Source: Podarcis tiliguerta
Lineage: Eukaryota
DNA length: 64,000 nucleotides
NCBI GenBank assembly: GCA_965153285.1
Contig: OZ229110.1
Reading direction: 5' to 3' (one strand)
Shown: one piece after another, positions 25,321 through 64,000 of the stretch
How the letters are laid out: each line of letters begins with the position of its first letter
Position numbering within the stretch: position 1 is the first letter of the stretch
Position numbers and translations under genes: made by a program
The notes under the pieces: generated by a model
Database searches by the model: none
Told to the model about the DNA's origin: nothing
Seen by the model: only the letters and a program-made list of their open reading frames with translations

Positions 25321-27581
25321 CTACTTTCTGGCAAAGAGAGAAACTCCACCATTATTGCGCTTCCGGGTGGGGGAAGGGAAGAAGGGTCGGTTTTGCTGGT
25401 GGTTGTAGAGCTCAGTCCACCTTCTAATTAAAATAGCCCAAAAGCCCAAATCTCTCTCTCTCTTTTATCTCTTCACTCCCCCCTACCCCAATTTTGCTGT
25501 CACGGATTCATCAGAATAACGCCTCGGTTTGTTTGTTGGTGTCTGAAACCAGCTAGCCGTCTTTGTTTGTTAACACCCCAAATAAGTGCCAAAGTGAGTT
25601 CCTTAAAATGCATTTCGCCAGTTGGTATAGCAGAGACTGGGAAGTGTTCACAATAACAGTCCTCCGCGCGTGGGCGAAAAAGGCTCTCTCTCTCGTTGCT
25701 GCTCACGCTTCGGCGTCTTTCTGTCTTGGAGCGGTTGTTCTGCGTGCAAGCGTGTGTCCCGGCAGACGTGTTTGGTGTGTTAAAGGGGCGCCTTCTGGAA
25801 ACTCTGGGCGACTGGAGGCACCGGCTTTTTCCGGAGAAGGGTCCAGGGCGCTTGGCTCGGCTGCTAATCAGGTGCCTCTCCAAAGCGGAGTAAATATTTA
25901 CCACCGCGCGCCTCATTCACGCTGCGAGAGGAGTCCTTGTTCCGTGTTGATTTTCTTCCCCCCCTTTTAATGGGACGTAGATGTCTTTGGGGGAAAAAGC
26001 ACTTTAAAAAATCATACCGGAGTCGTTTTGGACCCGGAAGAAGATGCCTCTTTTTCTATGTAGAAAGAATAAAATTAATATTCATTATAGCCTGGAAAGA
26101 GAAGAGATTTTTTTAAAGCTTCCCAAAAAAATAAAAATAAGGGGGGGAGGTTTTGGGGGCGAATAAAATGAAGGCTGCCACTATTTCATTATTTTACCTC
26201 CTCTCTCTCTCTCTCTGTCTTCTCCCCCCTCTTTTTTTTAAAAGCAAAACCTCTTGAATAGGTTCTTTATTGTAATTGTCTCACCCCAATTGAGCACCCC
26301 ACTGCGCTGTTGTATCTTTTTACAACCCCTAACAACTCACACCAGTAACATAATTACCTCCAGATATTTATAACGAGAAATTACTTTTCTATTTTCCCCC
26401 TGCTAGGCTGGGAACCTAAAAAGAAAGCGCTGGGACCCAATAAATAAATACATGCAACACAGAACATCAAGAACTGCAGAACTTCTTTTGTTGCTGCATT
26501 ATTCCTCGTCTTATTCCTCAAAAGGCCGGTTTAAAAACAAAAACAACCCAAGGCAGGGCTTGGGACTGGCCAGGCTGCGTGGGTCAAGGCGGGCCCTACA
26601 GAAGGGAGGAGGAAGGCCGCTGTGTGCCCCCCCCTCCCACCCGCTCCTTTGTAAGTTGGAGGGTTGTTGGGAACGCGGAGTTGGGAGGCTGCGCCGCGGC
26701 CCGTTTCGGAGGAGGCTGCCTGGCTGGGGTCTTGCGCTCGGCGTTTGGGTAGGGGAGTAAAATGGAGGCCATTGTTCGCCTTCTGGAGGCTTTGTATTCC
26801 CAGCCCTCACCCCCTCCTGGCCTTACTTTTTAAAGCACTGAGGCGAGGTAGACAGCGTGTGTCACAGTACAGTGAAAAAGGGGAAGATCTAAAGACCAAA
26901 AAAGAAGTTAATCACAATAAGTGGATTTCTCTCTCTCCCCCACCACCACCTCCCCACTTCTCTCTCCCTCTTCGGGTTTTGTTTTTTTCAGGATGGTTAG
27001 TAGTGCCCCGAAAAGAATCACCAGAGTGAAGTAGCTCCCAAAACATGTGTGGTTTAAAAAGGGAAAGAAGTGCCCCAGCACATCCACCCACGCCCCATGC
27101 AAGAGAGCAGGATTTGCCCCTAAGCAACCTGGAGAGGTTGCAGCGGGGGTAGGGGGACCCAGGGAGAGAAAGTGCCAACAAACTCTGCTGGCCACCTCTT
27201 TTCAGAGAAAGGGTCCTTTGGCCCCAAAGTGCAGCGCGAGGACGTCGCGCCGGCTCCCTTCAGCCAAGCCAAGCCCAACCAAAGTCGAGGTCCTGTTTGT
27301 AAATACGGACACAAAAGGTGTCACAGATCAGAACTCTTTCCTATGGGCAGGAGGCGCTCCAGTAAGGCGTGCTGGAAAAAACTTGGGCATATTTTCTCTC
27401 CCTCTCTCTTTCTCTCTCTCTCCCTCTGTGTTGCTGAATCTTTTGAACTGCCTTTCTCTTCCCACCCCCACCTCCAAATGCGAGGCGGCTATGACTGGGG
27501 TGGGTGGCGGGGAGGAGGTTAGGGAACGCAAATTTAAAAGTGCTTAATATACTTTTAATATACTTTCCCCCCTCATCCTAG

Positions 27582-27658
27582 CGGGAAGACTTTAACAAGC
27601 GCTACGCAGATGTGTGAGTCGTTAAATTGCCAGAGAGGAGAGTCCGCTCATAAATCAG
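27582..27658 (+). other. PAX6: PAX6 5'UTR exon 3 (77 nt, GC donor)
   Basis: cctag/CGGGAAGACTTTAAC..GCAGATGTGTGAG..TCAG/gcaagt; same length as recalled human exon 3. Confidence 0.85.
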
Positions 27659-28097
27659 GCAAGTTGGAAGCACCTTCTACTTTCCCCGTCCCCGTCCCCA
27701 CACACCACTAGAAAACTTCTCGCACTCCGACCCATTTTCCTTGGTGCATCACGAGCCCTCACTTGCCACAGCCAGTTTGCCGAGGAGAAGGCCACGGCTG
27801 GTTTCTGTTTATTTATTTATTTATTTTTTAAAAGAACTAGACTTGCTAGGTTGAAACGTTTCCAGGTTTGTTGTTACATAGGCTCTGGGGCTGGGAGGGT
27901 TTTCGCATATCAAAATATATATAAAATATTTGACATCATTTGGGAGGCCAGCAGAAAGCAACGAGGCCTTGGAGACCTGGGCACTCAGCGCAGCGCAACT
28001 ACCTGCCCGCGAGCTTCCCTCCCCTGATTAAAGCCTGTTTTATTACTCATAGAATCTTATCCGCGAGCCACGTGGGATCTTGCTCCATCAATCCACC

Positions 28098-54518
<26,421 letters not shown>

Positions 54519-55560
54519 ACCATGTGTTGATTTTGTAAATGGCTCTATGGACAACAGTTGGAGGTTTGGCTGTGTTTTCTAAAAGAAGAACGGCTTTCAG
54601 AGTACGTCTGTACTGCAACTGTGCCCTACGACATAACACATGGAGAAAGACTTTAACATGGACCTTTGTATACATGAAGGCATTATATCAGTTGGAACAA
54701 ATCTTCATTTTGGTATCCAAACTTTTATTCATTTTGATGTATTATTTGTAAATGGGCATTTGTATGTTATAATGAAAAAAGAACAATGTAGACTGAATGG
54801 ATGTTTGCTTTTGTGTTGGTCATGAAGTTGTGTTTTTTATTTTATTTTTAAAAAAGGAAGCCATGATCAACAAGCTTTGCCACGAATTAAGAGTTTTATC
54901 AAGCTATATCGAATACTTCTACCAATCTGTTCATAGATTTCAGACTGATGCTCCAAGTTTGTATCATTCCATTGCATATAATTCAACCTGGAACAATACG
55001 GCATTAGATTTCTGTAAGAAAAATATCTGTTGGGATTTCCAAAGGTTATTAACAGATGATGCTTATGTGCAAACGAAGGATCAAGAGAGAACTTCAAAGA
55101 AGAAAAGTTTGATAGGAAAAGNNNNNNNNNNNNNNNNNNNNNNNNNNNNNNNNNNNNNNNNNNNNNNNNNNNNNNNNNNNNNNNNNNNNNNNNNNNNNNN
55201 NNNNNNNNNNNNNNNNNNNNNNNNNNNNNNNNNNNNNNNNNNNNNNNNNNNNNNNNNNNNNNNNNNNNNNNNNNNNNNNNNNNNNNNNNNNTTTTGGTCA
55301 GCAAAAGTTAATTGTTCTTAGCTGAAGTTGTACTACTGTTCACAGTCCAATCATTTTTGTGCATCTAAAATTCATTCCTAATCAATTAAAAGTGCTTGCA
55401 AGAGTTTTAAACTTAAGTGTTTTGAAGTTGTTCACAACGACATATCAAAATAACCATTGTTGATTGTAAAAACCATGCCAAAGCCTTTGTATTTCCTTTA
55501 TTATACTATTTTCTTTTTAACCTTATAGTGTGGTGTGGCCAATTTTTTTTCCTTGTTAGG
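54519..55560 (+). other. PAX6: PAX6 proximal 3' UTR (conserved AU-rich blocks; candidate polyA signal ATTAAA 55385-55390)
   Basis: Follows the stop codon. Blocks such as CAGTTGGAACAAATCTTCATTTTGGTATCCAAACTTTTATTCATTTTG match the recalled mammalian UTR. The 3' end cannot be determined from sequence alone. Confidence 0.75.
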
Positions 55561-58400
55561 TTTTAATATATATTTTTTTATACAGACAAATCTTATTTTG
55601 ACATTATTTTCTGTTTTTAAATATTGGAGGTCCTCAAGAAATCACTTTTATATATTCTATAGCTTGGTTTGGAATCTTAGCTGAAAAGTTAACAGACTGC
55701 TGGAACACCAGAGCTGTATATGGAAGTCTCTCTATAATAGCTATAAAAAGGAAATTTTTTCCTGTTGCACAGAAGTGTATGTAAGGAAAGAGTTGTTTAA
55801 TAGGGAGGAATCTAGCTAACTTTTAAGGAAGGTCTGCATTTTGAATTATGCTGCATAAATGTGGATTTATAGAAAGGGTTAACATTTTCTACTTACTTCA
55901 GTGCTGCAGCAGTCCTAAAGCAATCTATCTTCAAATAAATCCAGGTTAAATCAAATGGGATTAAACTGGAATATTTGGTTGCAAGATTGCAGCCTCAGAC
56001 TCTTTCCTTTTAAATGATTAAACTGGTGCATTATAACAAAAGCAAAGCTCTCTGAGGAAACGATCTCTCTATGTGCCTTCTCAAAGCACATTCTTAGTGT
56101 AATTTCCCAATGAACTTCTAACCTGGCTAATATTTCAATGCACTTTGCATGAGTGTGGGCGAGGGTGGAGAGGTGCATGTCAAGAAATAAAGAGAGAAGG
56201 AAAATAAACAGGCAACAACAATGCAAACTGTGACTGGCTAGTGAAAGCCGAAGGACTTTAGTCATTGGCAGCTAAATATAAACATTCCCACATCCATGGA
56301 GGAGGTTCATTGTGGTCCAGCTGTTACTTGCAATGTTGCAAGGAAAAACAGATCTGATGATGTATGAAAGCACAGGGAATTTGGAATCAAAGAGAAAGCA
56401 CCACAAGCTGTACTCACAAAAGACAGAGAATAACATTTCTCTTCTGTTCAGTGTGCCATAACATAATCAAATACTACTTTTCTATAAGTTGGAGACACTG
56501 TGGCTGCTTTGAGACAATTTGCTGATGCCATAAAAGCATCCAGATGCATAATTTTCTTTCGTGACAAATGCAGAAAAGCATAACCTATAATAATATGGCT
56601 TTAATTAAAACACACAAACACCCCCCCCATGAGTTTAAAATGAGCATGGTGGCTTTTCTGAAATATAAATATCTATAATAATGTGGGAAACCCAACCTAA
56701 GAATCACAACTAATAGAGATGTTTTGCATAAAAGTCAGCTATTTATTTCTGCTGATCATTTTAAATATTTTTTCAGAGAGAGAGTACGCATTTTATGCAT
56801 AAAATAATATGACATGCATGTAATTGCAGGCATCAGGAAAATCAGTCCTATACAAACAGCTCAATTAACTGCAGGAGGTTAGAGGAGAATTCTGCTTTAC
56901 TTGATTCTTCATAACACAAGATAATCTCTCCTGAGGATCAGGAATTCCAAGGAATTCCCTTCCTTGTACATGACTGAGTGTGTGAATCTTAACATGAATA
57001 TCTGTATTAGATAGGCATGAATTTGACCCCTCGCACACTTATCCAAATCAGACAGCTATACCCTTTTCAACCTAAGTAATATTTTGATCAATTTTTAAAC
57101 TACTTTTTTACTCCCCCTCGTTTGCAGCAACATGAGAGCCAAATCGTGTCCTACTGCACATCACAAGATCACACTCTTTATTCCAGGTTAATTAATCTAA
57201 CTACCACCTCCTGGTTCTGTACTCAGAGCATCACTAAAACAGATTATAGTCATCAGCATGGAAGATCTGAATAGAAAGTGAAAGTGTGTGTGTGTAGGGG
57301 GGGAAACCTATCCTAAGTTTTAAACCGTCTTGATTACAGGTTATTACAATGTGTTAATGAGTAGCATATGTTAAATGATCTTAAGAACGTGTCATCAGAA
57401 ACCTTTAGTAGATAACTTCAGGGCTCAAGTTAGAGAAAACTTGAGTGGGGCAGCATCTTTGCCTATACTGTAGTTACAAAGAAACTCCTTCCTGGTGCTT
57501 TCATCCAAAGGAGCTAGTGAAAAGAGCCAAAGACAAAGGCTTTCTTCTTCTTCTTTCCTTTGTCCCCCAATAATTTTGCTTCTTTCTACTCTAGGCAGGC
57601 ATTCAGTTTTCTCCTACAGGTTGGATCTGTACAGTAACAAGGCTTATCTGCATTACCTAATTTTTTATTTTATTGATACTTTGTCCCTTGTCCAGGGGTA
57701 TAATTTGAAGAACAATCTACAACCATCGTGTACCAGAGTGGCAGTACATTCTCTGAGTTTATTAAAAGCAAGGGAGGCATTTATGGCTCACTGGCTGGTG
57801 ATCCTTTTCCTTGTCAAAGGGAGAGAGGCTGGGAAGAGTCCTTGGCTCACTGCTCATTAGGCAGAAGAGAGGCCACTTGAGCCCCTGAGCGCTGCCTGCC
57901 TGGAAAAGCTGCGGTTCTCTCAGCCACAGGGCATCTTGGGTTAGAGAACACTAGCTGAACGCAGCGTTGTGCTGGAGGACTCTTGTCTAGAATCCTGACA
58001 GGGGTCTATCGCCTGGAGTGGGATGGCAGGGAGAGAGGCTGCAACATCTCAACATGCCTGAGCTCGCATGCCAGTTCATGGCTCCTGGCTCAGGGGCATG
58101 TGAGATTCTGCAGCAACCCAAGCATCTAACTGGACACAGCACAATTTCCAGGCTTTAAAGCACGATGAGAGAAAGTCTGTGCATTGGTAGTACTTTTAAA
58201 TTTTGGCAAGCGGTTCGTAAACGGAAAGCTTTGAGTGTGTGTTCTAAATGGCAGCTCCTGATTACGCAGGCTTGATTTATATAAATGTTTACAGACTGAC
58301 ATTTATTAACCATCATTAAGTGTTTCTTGCATCTGTTTGTGACACTGAACCCATTTCCATTTAATTTTGGGGGATTTTTGCCATTGATTTTCTTGGAAAA

Positions 58401-58403
<3 letters not shown>

Positions 58404-58433
<30 letters not shown>
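58404..58433. repeat. (AT)15 microsatellite
   Basis: Seen directly. Confidence 0.97.
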
Positions 58434-58438
<5 letters not shown>

Positions 58439-61400
58439 GCAGCAATGTGCATCTCCTCTTGTGTGTTTTCCATTTTATATCTGCTGTTATCCTACAGAGC
58501 CTTGAGGCATAGTACATTCTAGGCGCACAGATGAGAAACAATGTGTAAGCTTTCGTTCACTCATTCTGTAGCTTTTATTTCAAATGTTTCGTTCTAGGCA
58601 ATATTCTGCAAGGGAGAAGAAAACAATTGGCTTATGTATTTATAGCTTTGATGCCAATAATATTCACAGGCTCACAGCAGAATCCCTCCTGTTTAAGTTT
58701 TGAGTAGCCAAATTCATAGCCACCACCATGTCAATGTAATTCTGTTAAAATAGTAGGAATGGTGGAATCAATTGACCTGTTTCTAAAACTTATTTTTCAT
58801 GATTTTAAATAGGATTATTACTGGAAACACTTTCCGTGAAGGAGTTCAGAGCTGATGGCACTGAAAATATTTAAAAAACATTCTTGAAACAGGCCACATA
58901 GTTTACATTTTTCCAAGAAAAGTTGTCTAGGGGCTTTTAAAGGGACGTGTACCAGGTAACCCCATTGATTAAGTGCTATTGAAATAAATCAGAATTATGA
59001 AAGAATACAGCTTAGAAAGATACATTAGTCAATAGGAAAACCCATTCTCATGGATTATGACTTTGATTAAGAAAAATGTTCTTCTGAAAAGAAAGTCACA
59101 TGAAAACCTTAATCCAAACTTTCAATCATCCAGAAATTTTGCATTTTCTTCAGATCATTTGCTTAAATGGGTTTGCACAATATAAGCAGCGTGGCATTGC
59201 ATTGCACCCAACTCAAATGCTAGTTTCTCTTTTCAGTGTTGTTTAGGAGTTTAACTGCCTTAAAGAGTTATATCTTTCAATGGAATTGGGAAAACTAGGT
59301 AATTGGCAAGAATGCCATCAATACTTTAAATCATAATTTCTAATCTGTATTTGCAAGGTGAACAAAACTCTCATAAAACATCAGTGTAAATTATCAGTTT
59401 AAATGAGAGGTTTTTTCCCTTACAGAAGAGTAATAACATTTTAATAATTAAAAAATGGCAGTCTTTTCCATTGGACTACAGATGAGCAATCTTTTATTTG
59501 GCTCCAAATGTGGCCTTCCAGGGCATGTTTTGCAGAGGACCAACCCATCTGCTGTGTTAAAAAGTGATTCCTGTTGTGTGCAGAAAGGCAACCCATTTCC
59601 AGACTCATCTACAAGTGCTGTCCACCAGTGACTTTTCAGACCTTCGTGAAATTTAATTGCCCACCAATAACACAATGTGATTGAAAAAGGACAGATCAAT
59701 CAAAATATAACAGCCAGACATCTCAGGTTATCTCAGATGGGCACATACATACATGGCCTGGTGACTGCTCTGTTTTGATTGATTTGCCCTTTTCCAATCA
59801 CGTTGTGCAATTTAATTTTCTCCAAGCAACACCCGAAGGGTTTAGTGCAAATTTGGGGATAAGTTCTTTTTACAGTTTGGTGTTATGATGACATACACTT
59901 AACACTGTCCTCCCTCTTGGTTCTGTTTGTATTTGTGTGGAATGCTCACAAGAGTTAAACAGCCATATAGCTTTCACCTAGAAAAACAGGCACATGTTTT
60001 GCTCCACCTGTTTGAGTTGGTTGTGGGGCAAGAAGCTCTTTTCCTAAAGTAAAACACTCAGTTTTCCACAGTCAATCGGTCTGGATACTTAAAGGAAAAG
60101 AGTCCAAAGGATCGATTGTAGCTTGCATGTGGGAAACAGGCATTTTTTCCTGAATTGTCTGGGTAATAGTTATGATTTTTAAATAGCAACAGCATTGTTC
60201 AGAAAGCTTTGGACTACATTTTGAGTTAATTTAATTTTAAAAGGAAGATGGAATTTCCAGTTTGCTCATTTTGATCACCAGGCTCTTGTCTCTGATTTTG
60301 GACAGCAACCAAACAGCATGAAAATGAAAAAAGACATTTTTGAAAGAACTAGGGAAGACTTTGGTGAATGAATACATGTGAGGCACCGACATTGTAATTT
60401 AGCTATTAGAGTTATTTAGCTGTGAAATATTACAGTTGGTCATTACTTGTTGATCATGTTTCTCACTAATGTCTGGCTGTTGACTCAGTTGGTACTTTGC
60501 TTCCATTCTCTTTTTAAGCAATGAAAATTCATTTGCAACTTTGGAGACACAGTTTTCAACTGTGATGCCACAAGCTGCCACTTCACTTGCTTTTCAAAGG
60601 GCTGCAACACCTTCAATCTCACAAGGCCTAGTTTATAGATGGAAATGGGATTTAAGACAGTGATGGACTCTACCACACAAGGAGCTATTTTGTTGACGTT
60701 GTACAAATGGTTTTGGCTCTGATGCAGCAAGCTTCCCAGTTTGGGAAGAGGGATTCAAGGAAGACTCTCTGTTGCTGACAGAGGAGTCAGTGTTGGTCAC
60801 CTGTCCAACCAGGAGGAAAAGGGGAGGCCCACAAGCACTACTGCACCTGTGGATCTCTAGCTTTTTGGTGTGCTGTGCAATGCAATCACTTTTGAACTTC
60901 ACACCCCTGGTTAAACTTCACTTATTACTAGAACCTAACTCCCTTTCTACCTATGCACCTCCTATATCTTAAAGGCAACTAACATTTCTAATTTCTAAAT
61001 GTTATTTTTGAAATACACGCTTCAGGGCACTTTTTTCTTTTTTTAAATGGTGGTGGTTTTGCAAACCCTTAGATATAACTAATGAACTTGCAAGACAATT
61101 TTGTTCAGTGGTTTTTAAAGAGAAAAACCCTTAACAGGACTCTTTGCCAACTCTTGAATTTGGCTCATGTTGTTTCTCTGCTGTTTTGAACTTGCAATCC
61201 CTCCACTCTAAACCTTTGCTTAATTTTCTGGTCAGCGGAATCTGCCTTAAACAGAGTGCGCATGGAGTTGGGGAAAGGATATCAAATGTATTTTGTGTAA
61301 GAGCAGTTGAGACATGGAATGTCACTGGAAAATAATGTGCTGCACTCCCAGCCCCCACAGCAACATGGAGGACAGGGGGAAGGAGGTAATGGGCCTCCTC

Positions 61401-61764
61401 AAGCCCCTGGCAGCTTATGGTATTATGGGGGAAGGGATTAGGGTTGCATGCTGTGAAATTTAAAAAATCCTCCTGTGAACTATGCAGGGATGGTTTAGTT
61501 TCTAAAACTAAGTCTCCACTTGTAATATATAAATAAAATGCTCAGGTTTGGGACTGGCACTACTCCAGTGTTATATAGCACAGCAAGAGAAGGCCTCCAG
61601 AGATAGGAAGAGAAAACAGAGGCCTAAGTCCTTTCTTCACTGCTGAAACTGCCTTCTGCCCTACCTCAGAAGCCTGAACAGGACTACAAGGCTCTTGTTC
61701 CAGGCTGACTGGAGCCCTAAAATTGCAGCATTCTTCTTTAGGGAAGTTGCAACATGGTATTAAG

Positions 61765-61930
61765 AGCACAAGAACATAAGACAAATCATGTTGGATCAAA
61801 CCAAAGGCCTATTGAGTTTACCATTCTGTTCTCAGACTGGTCAACCAGCTGCCTATAGGAAACCTGCAAGCCGGACATAAGCGCAACAACTTCCTCTCCT
61901 GTGATTTCCAGCAACTGCTATTCAGTGGCA
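61765..61930 (-). mobile_element. CR1-type LINE 3' end (continues at 63800-63905)
   Basis: aagaacataaga..ggatcaaaccaaaggcct..ttccagcaactg pattern typical of a reversed CR1-like tail. Confidence 0.55.
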
Positions 61931-62586
61931 ATTCTCAGGGAGCAATTTGAATGGCACTCAGTTCTGTTGTGCATTGGATGCAATAGTTGTTGGTCAAGAT
62001 CAAGGACACCAGTGTCCAATGCATACTCTATGGGGCTGGTTTTACTTTATATAGCCGGATGATGTGGACAGGACCCTTGCAACGATACCCACTTCTTGGA
62101 CAAGTTGATGAAGAGAGTGTTGGCAGGAGTTTCTGCAGGAAATGGATTATCTGGATCCATTGCAATCTGGGGTCAGGTGTGGTGTTGGGGAGGAACCAGC
62201 CTTGGCTGCTCTGGTGGATGACTAGTACCAAGAGTGGTGCAGAGATACTGCAATTCTGCTTATGTTCCTCAGTCACTTAGCTTTCGATACTTATCACCAT
62301 GGTGTTCTCCTTGACTTGCTCTTTGGGATGGATACTGGGGGCACAGTTTGCTCCAGCCCACAGGGTTGTGCCCAGGCATGTTCTTCTCCCCCCCCCCCAA
62401 TCTTTATGAAGCCGTTGGGAGTGTTCATTAGGACTTTGGGGGCAAAGTGTCATCAGTATGCTAGTGACACACAGCTCTAATTCTCCATAACAACTGAATC
62501 AGGAGAAGCTGTGCAAGATCTGGATCATTGTCTAGGTTCAGTGGTGGAGTGGATGAGGGCCATAACTGAGTTTGAACATAAAGATA

Positions 62587-62820
62587 CAGTGGTACCTCGG
62601 GTTACAGACGCTTCAGGTTACAGACGCTTCAGTTTACAGACTCTGCTAACCTAGAAATAGTACCTCGGCTTAAGAACTTTGCTTCAGGATGAGAACAGAA
62701 ATCGCGTGGTGGCGGCAGCGGGAGGCCCCATTAGCTAAAGTGGTATCTCAGGTTAAGAACAGTTTCAGGCTAAGAACGGACCTCTGGAACGAATTAAGTT
62801 CTTAACCCTAGGTACTACTG
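62587..62820. mobile_element. Tc1/mariner (pogo/Tigger-like) MITE, 234 bp
   Basis: TIRs CAGTGGTACCTCGGGTTA / TAACCCTAGGTACTACTG (16/18); TA TSD at 62585-86 and 62821-22; internal GGTTACAGACGCTTCA repeats. Confidence 0.9.
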
Positions 62821-63030
62821 TACTGTGGACGGGGGGCGTTCCCCATGTCTGGGAAATTGGCAAATTGCCTGTTCTGGATTGAGATCAGATTTGTTATTCG
62901 GGGGGGGGGGAGCACCTTGTTGCTGGAGACTCAGGAAGCCTTAGTGGCTAGGAATGCCTTTTACTAGCTGCAGCTGGTGTGCTAACTACAGCCAGCCTTG
63001 GACACTGGTAGCCTGGCCATGGTGATTTGC

Positions 63031-63589
63031 TGTCAGAGCAGGAGTCAGACACAGGTCAGCAAGAATAAGCAGAGTCAGTTGTCAGTGAAGTTAACCCTTT
63101 AGTCAAGGAGATGGCACACAACTCAGCAACACTTCCCAGTAGGTCTTGCCCCTATAGCACAGTTGATAGGACTGAAGGTCCCTGCCACCCACTCCTTCTA
63201 AGGCTACTCCTCTCCTGGATGTTTCCCAAGCAGTCTCAGTCTCCCCCCTCTGTTCTGCTCTCCTCATTATCCTGTGTGTTCTTGGAGACCAGGGAGGAGG
63301 GGAGCTTGTCGCAGCAGGAGAGGCAGACTCCTGGGATTTTTCAGCCATCTATTGATCACCACCCCCGCTTCAGTCTCAGCGTCTGAACTGCTCCTTGTCA
63401 TAGGTTCTTCCTGCTCACCAAAACCTGTTGTCCCGTCAGTATCCAGCACCATCTCCCAATCTTCCCCCCATCCTCTCCTCGGTGTCCCACCACCAATCCC
63501 CGGGCTCTGAGCTTTCCTCTTCTGTGTTTTCCCTTGGGGGTTCCTTGGCTAACATCTCCCACCATTCCTTGTCCAGCCAGTGCCTGACA
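63031..63589 (-). mobile_element. Possible solo LTR-like insertion, 559 bp
   Basis: Termini TGTCAG..CTGACA (perfect inverted 6-mer, TG..CA); splits the L2 sequence ggtgat|ccatgca; no TSD found. Confidence 0.5.
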
Positions 63590-63799
63590 TCCATGCATTG
63601 GTACCCTTAAGATTAGATTATTGCAATGCATTCCATGGGGGGCTGCCCTTGAGTCTCATCTGGAGGCTCCAGCTGGTGCAAAACACTGTGGCCAGACTAT
63701 TGATAGGACAGACTGACGCCAGAGCATAACTGCAGCGTGCAAAAGCTTGCATTGGCTGAGCGTATGCTATTGCGCCAGGTTTAAGGTTCTTGTATGGCT

Positions 63800-63905
63800 A
63801 GTCATTGATAGCTTAATGATCCTGGAATTTATCTAATCATATTTTAAAGCCATCCAAATCAGTACCCACCACTGCATCTTGTGGGAGCTAATTCCTTAGT
63901 TTAGC
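63800..63905 (-). mobile_element. Continuation of the CR1-type fragment
   Basis: cattgatagc..gaatttatctaatc..ttttaaagccatccaa..catcttgtgg..aattcc. Confidence 0.5.
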
Positions 63906-64000
63906 TTGTTTAAATATTCCATATTTAAAACTATTGCAGGTTACTTATGTAACACTCTACCAGTCTGAAAAAAAGCCAGAGCAGCTTAATAATACCTATA

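Larger units (their letters stand above)
62030..63795 (+). mobile_element. Decayed L2 LINE reverse-transcriptase fragment, interrupted by two insertions
   Basis: ORF remnant LAFDTYHH..IFMKPLG..CHQYASDTQL (AFDT and YADDTQL motifs); upstream gattatctggatcca..tctgg (DYLDP-QSG) and downstream agattagattattgcaatgca (RLDYCNA); many stops and frameshifts. Confidence 0.85.

Noticed and set aside
62587-62770. CRISPR-like short direct repeats
   Set aside because: Internal repeats of a TIR-bounded MITE in a vertebrate genome; no spacers or cas genes.
55560-64000. Terminal exon of the convergent neighbour ELP4
   Set aside because: Expected by synteny on the minus strand, but I could not find its C-terminal coding sequence; it probably lies beyond the window.

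Overview
Vertebrate genomic DNA containing the whole PAX6 locus on the + strand. The repeat families (tRNA-derived SINEs, CR1, L2, Tc1/mariner and hAT MITEs) suggest a squamate reptile, probably a lacertid lizard; this is inference. Ten coding exons (4-13) join to 1269 nt, giving the canonical 422-aa PAX6 (paired domain, homeodomain, PST transactivation tail). Also visible are non-coding exons 0-3, the P0 and P1 promoters, the upstream pancreas and surface-ectoderm/lens enhancers, the intron-4 alpha (neuroretina) element, several putative intronic conserved elements and a conserved 3' UTR. Alternative exon 5a is hidden in an N-run. About 3.5-43.4 kb is a CpG-rich, nearly transposon-free domain; nested TEs cluster in intron 9 and at 61.8-63.9 kb. 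I found no new protein-coding system. The most interesting signals are: (i) a splice-controlled uORF/N-terminus switch built from three phase-1 ATG mini-exons; (ii) in-frame alternative acceptors at exons 8 and 11; (iii) Ala at positions 388 and 391; (iv) N-runs that fall on the most conserved elements. Comparisons with human, mouse, quail and zebrafish come from recalled knowledge and need alignment.
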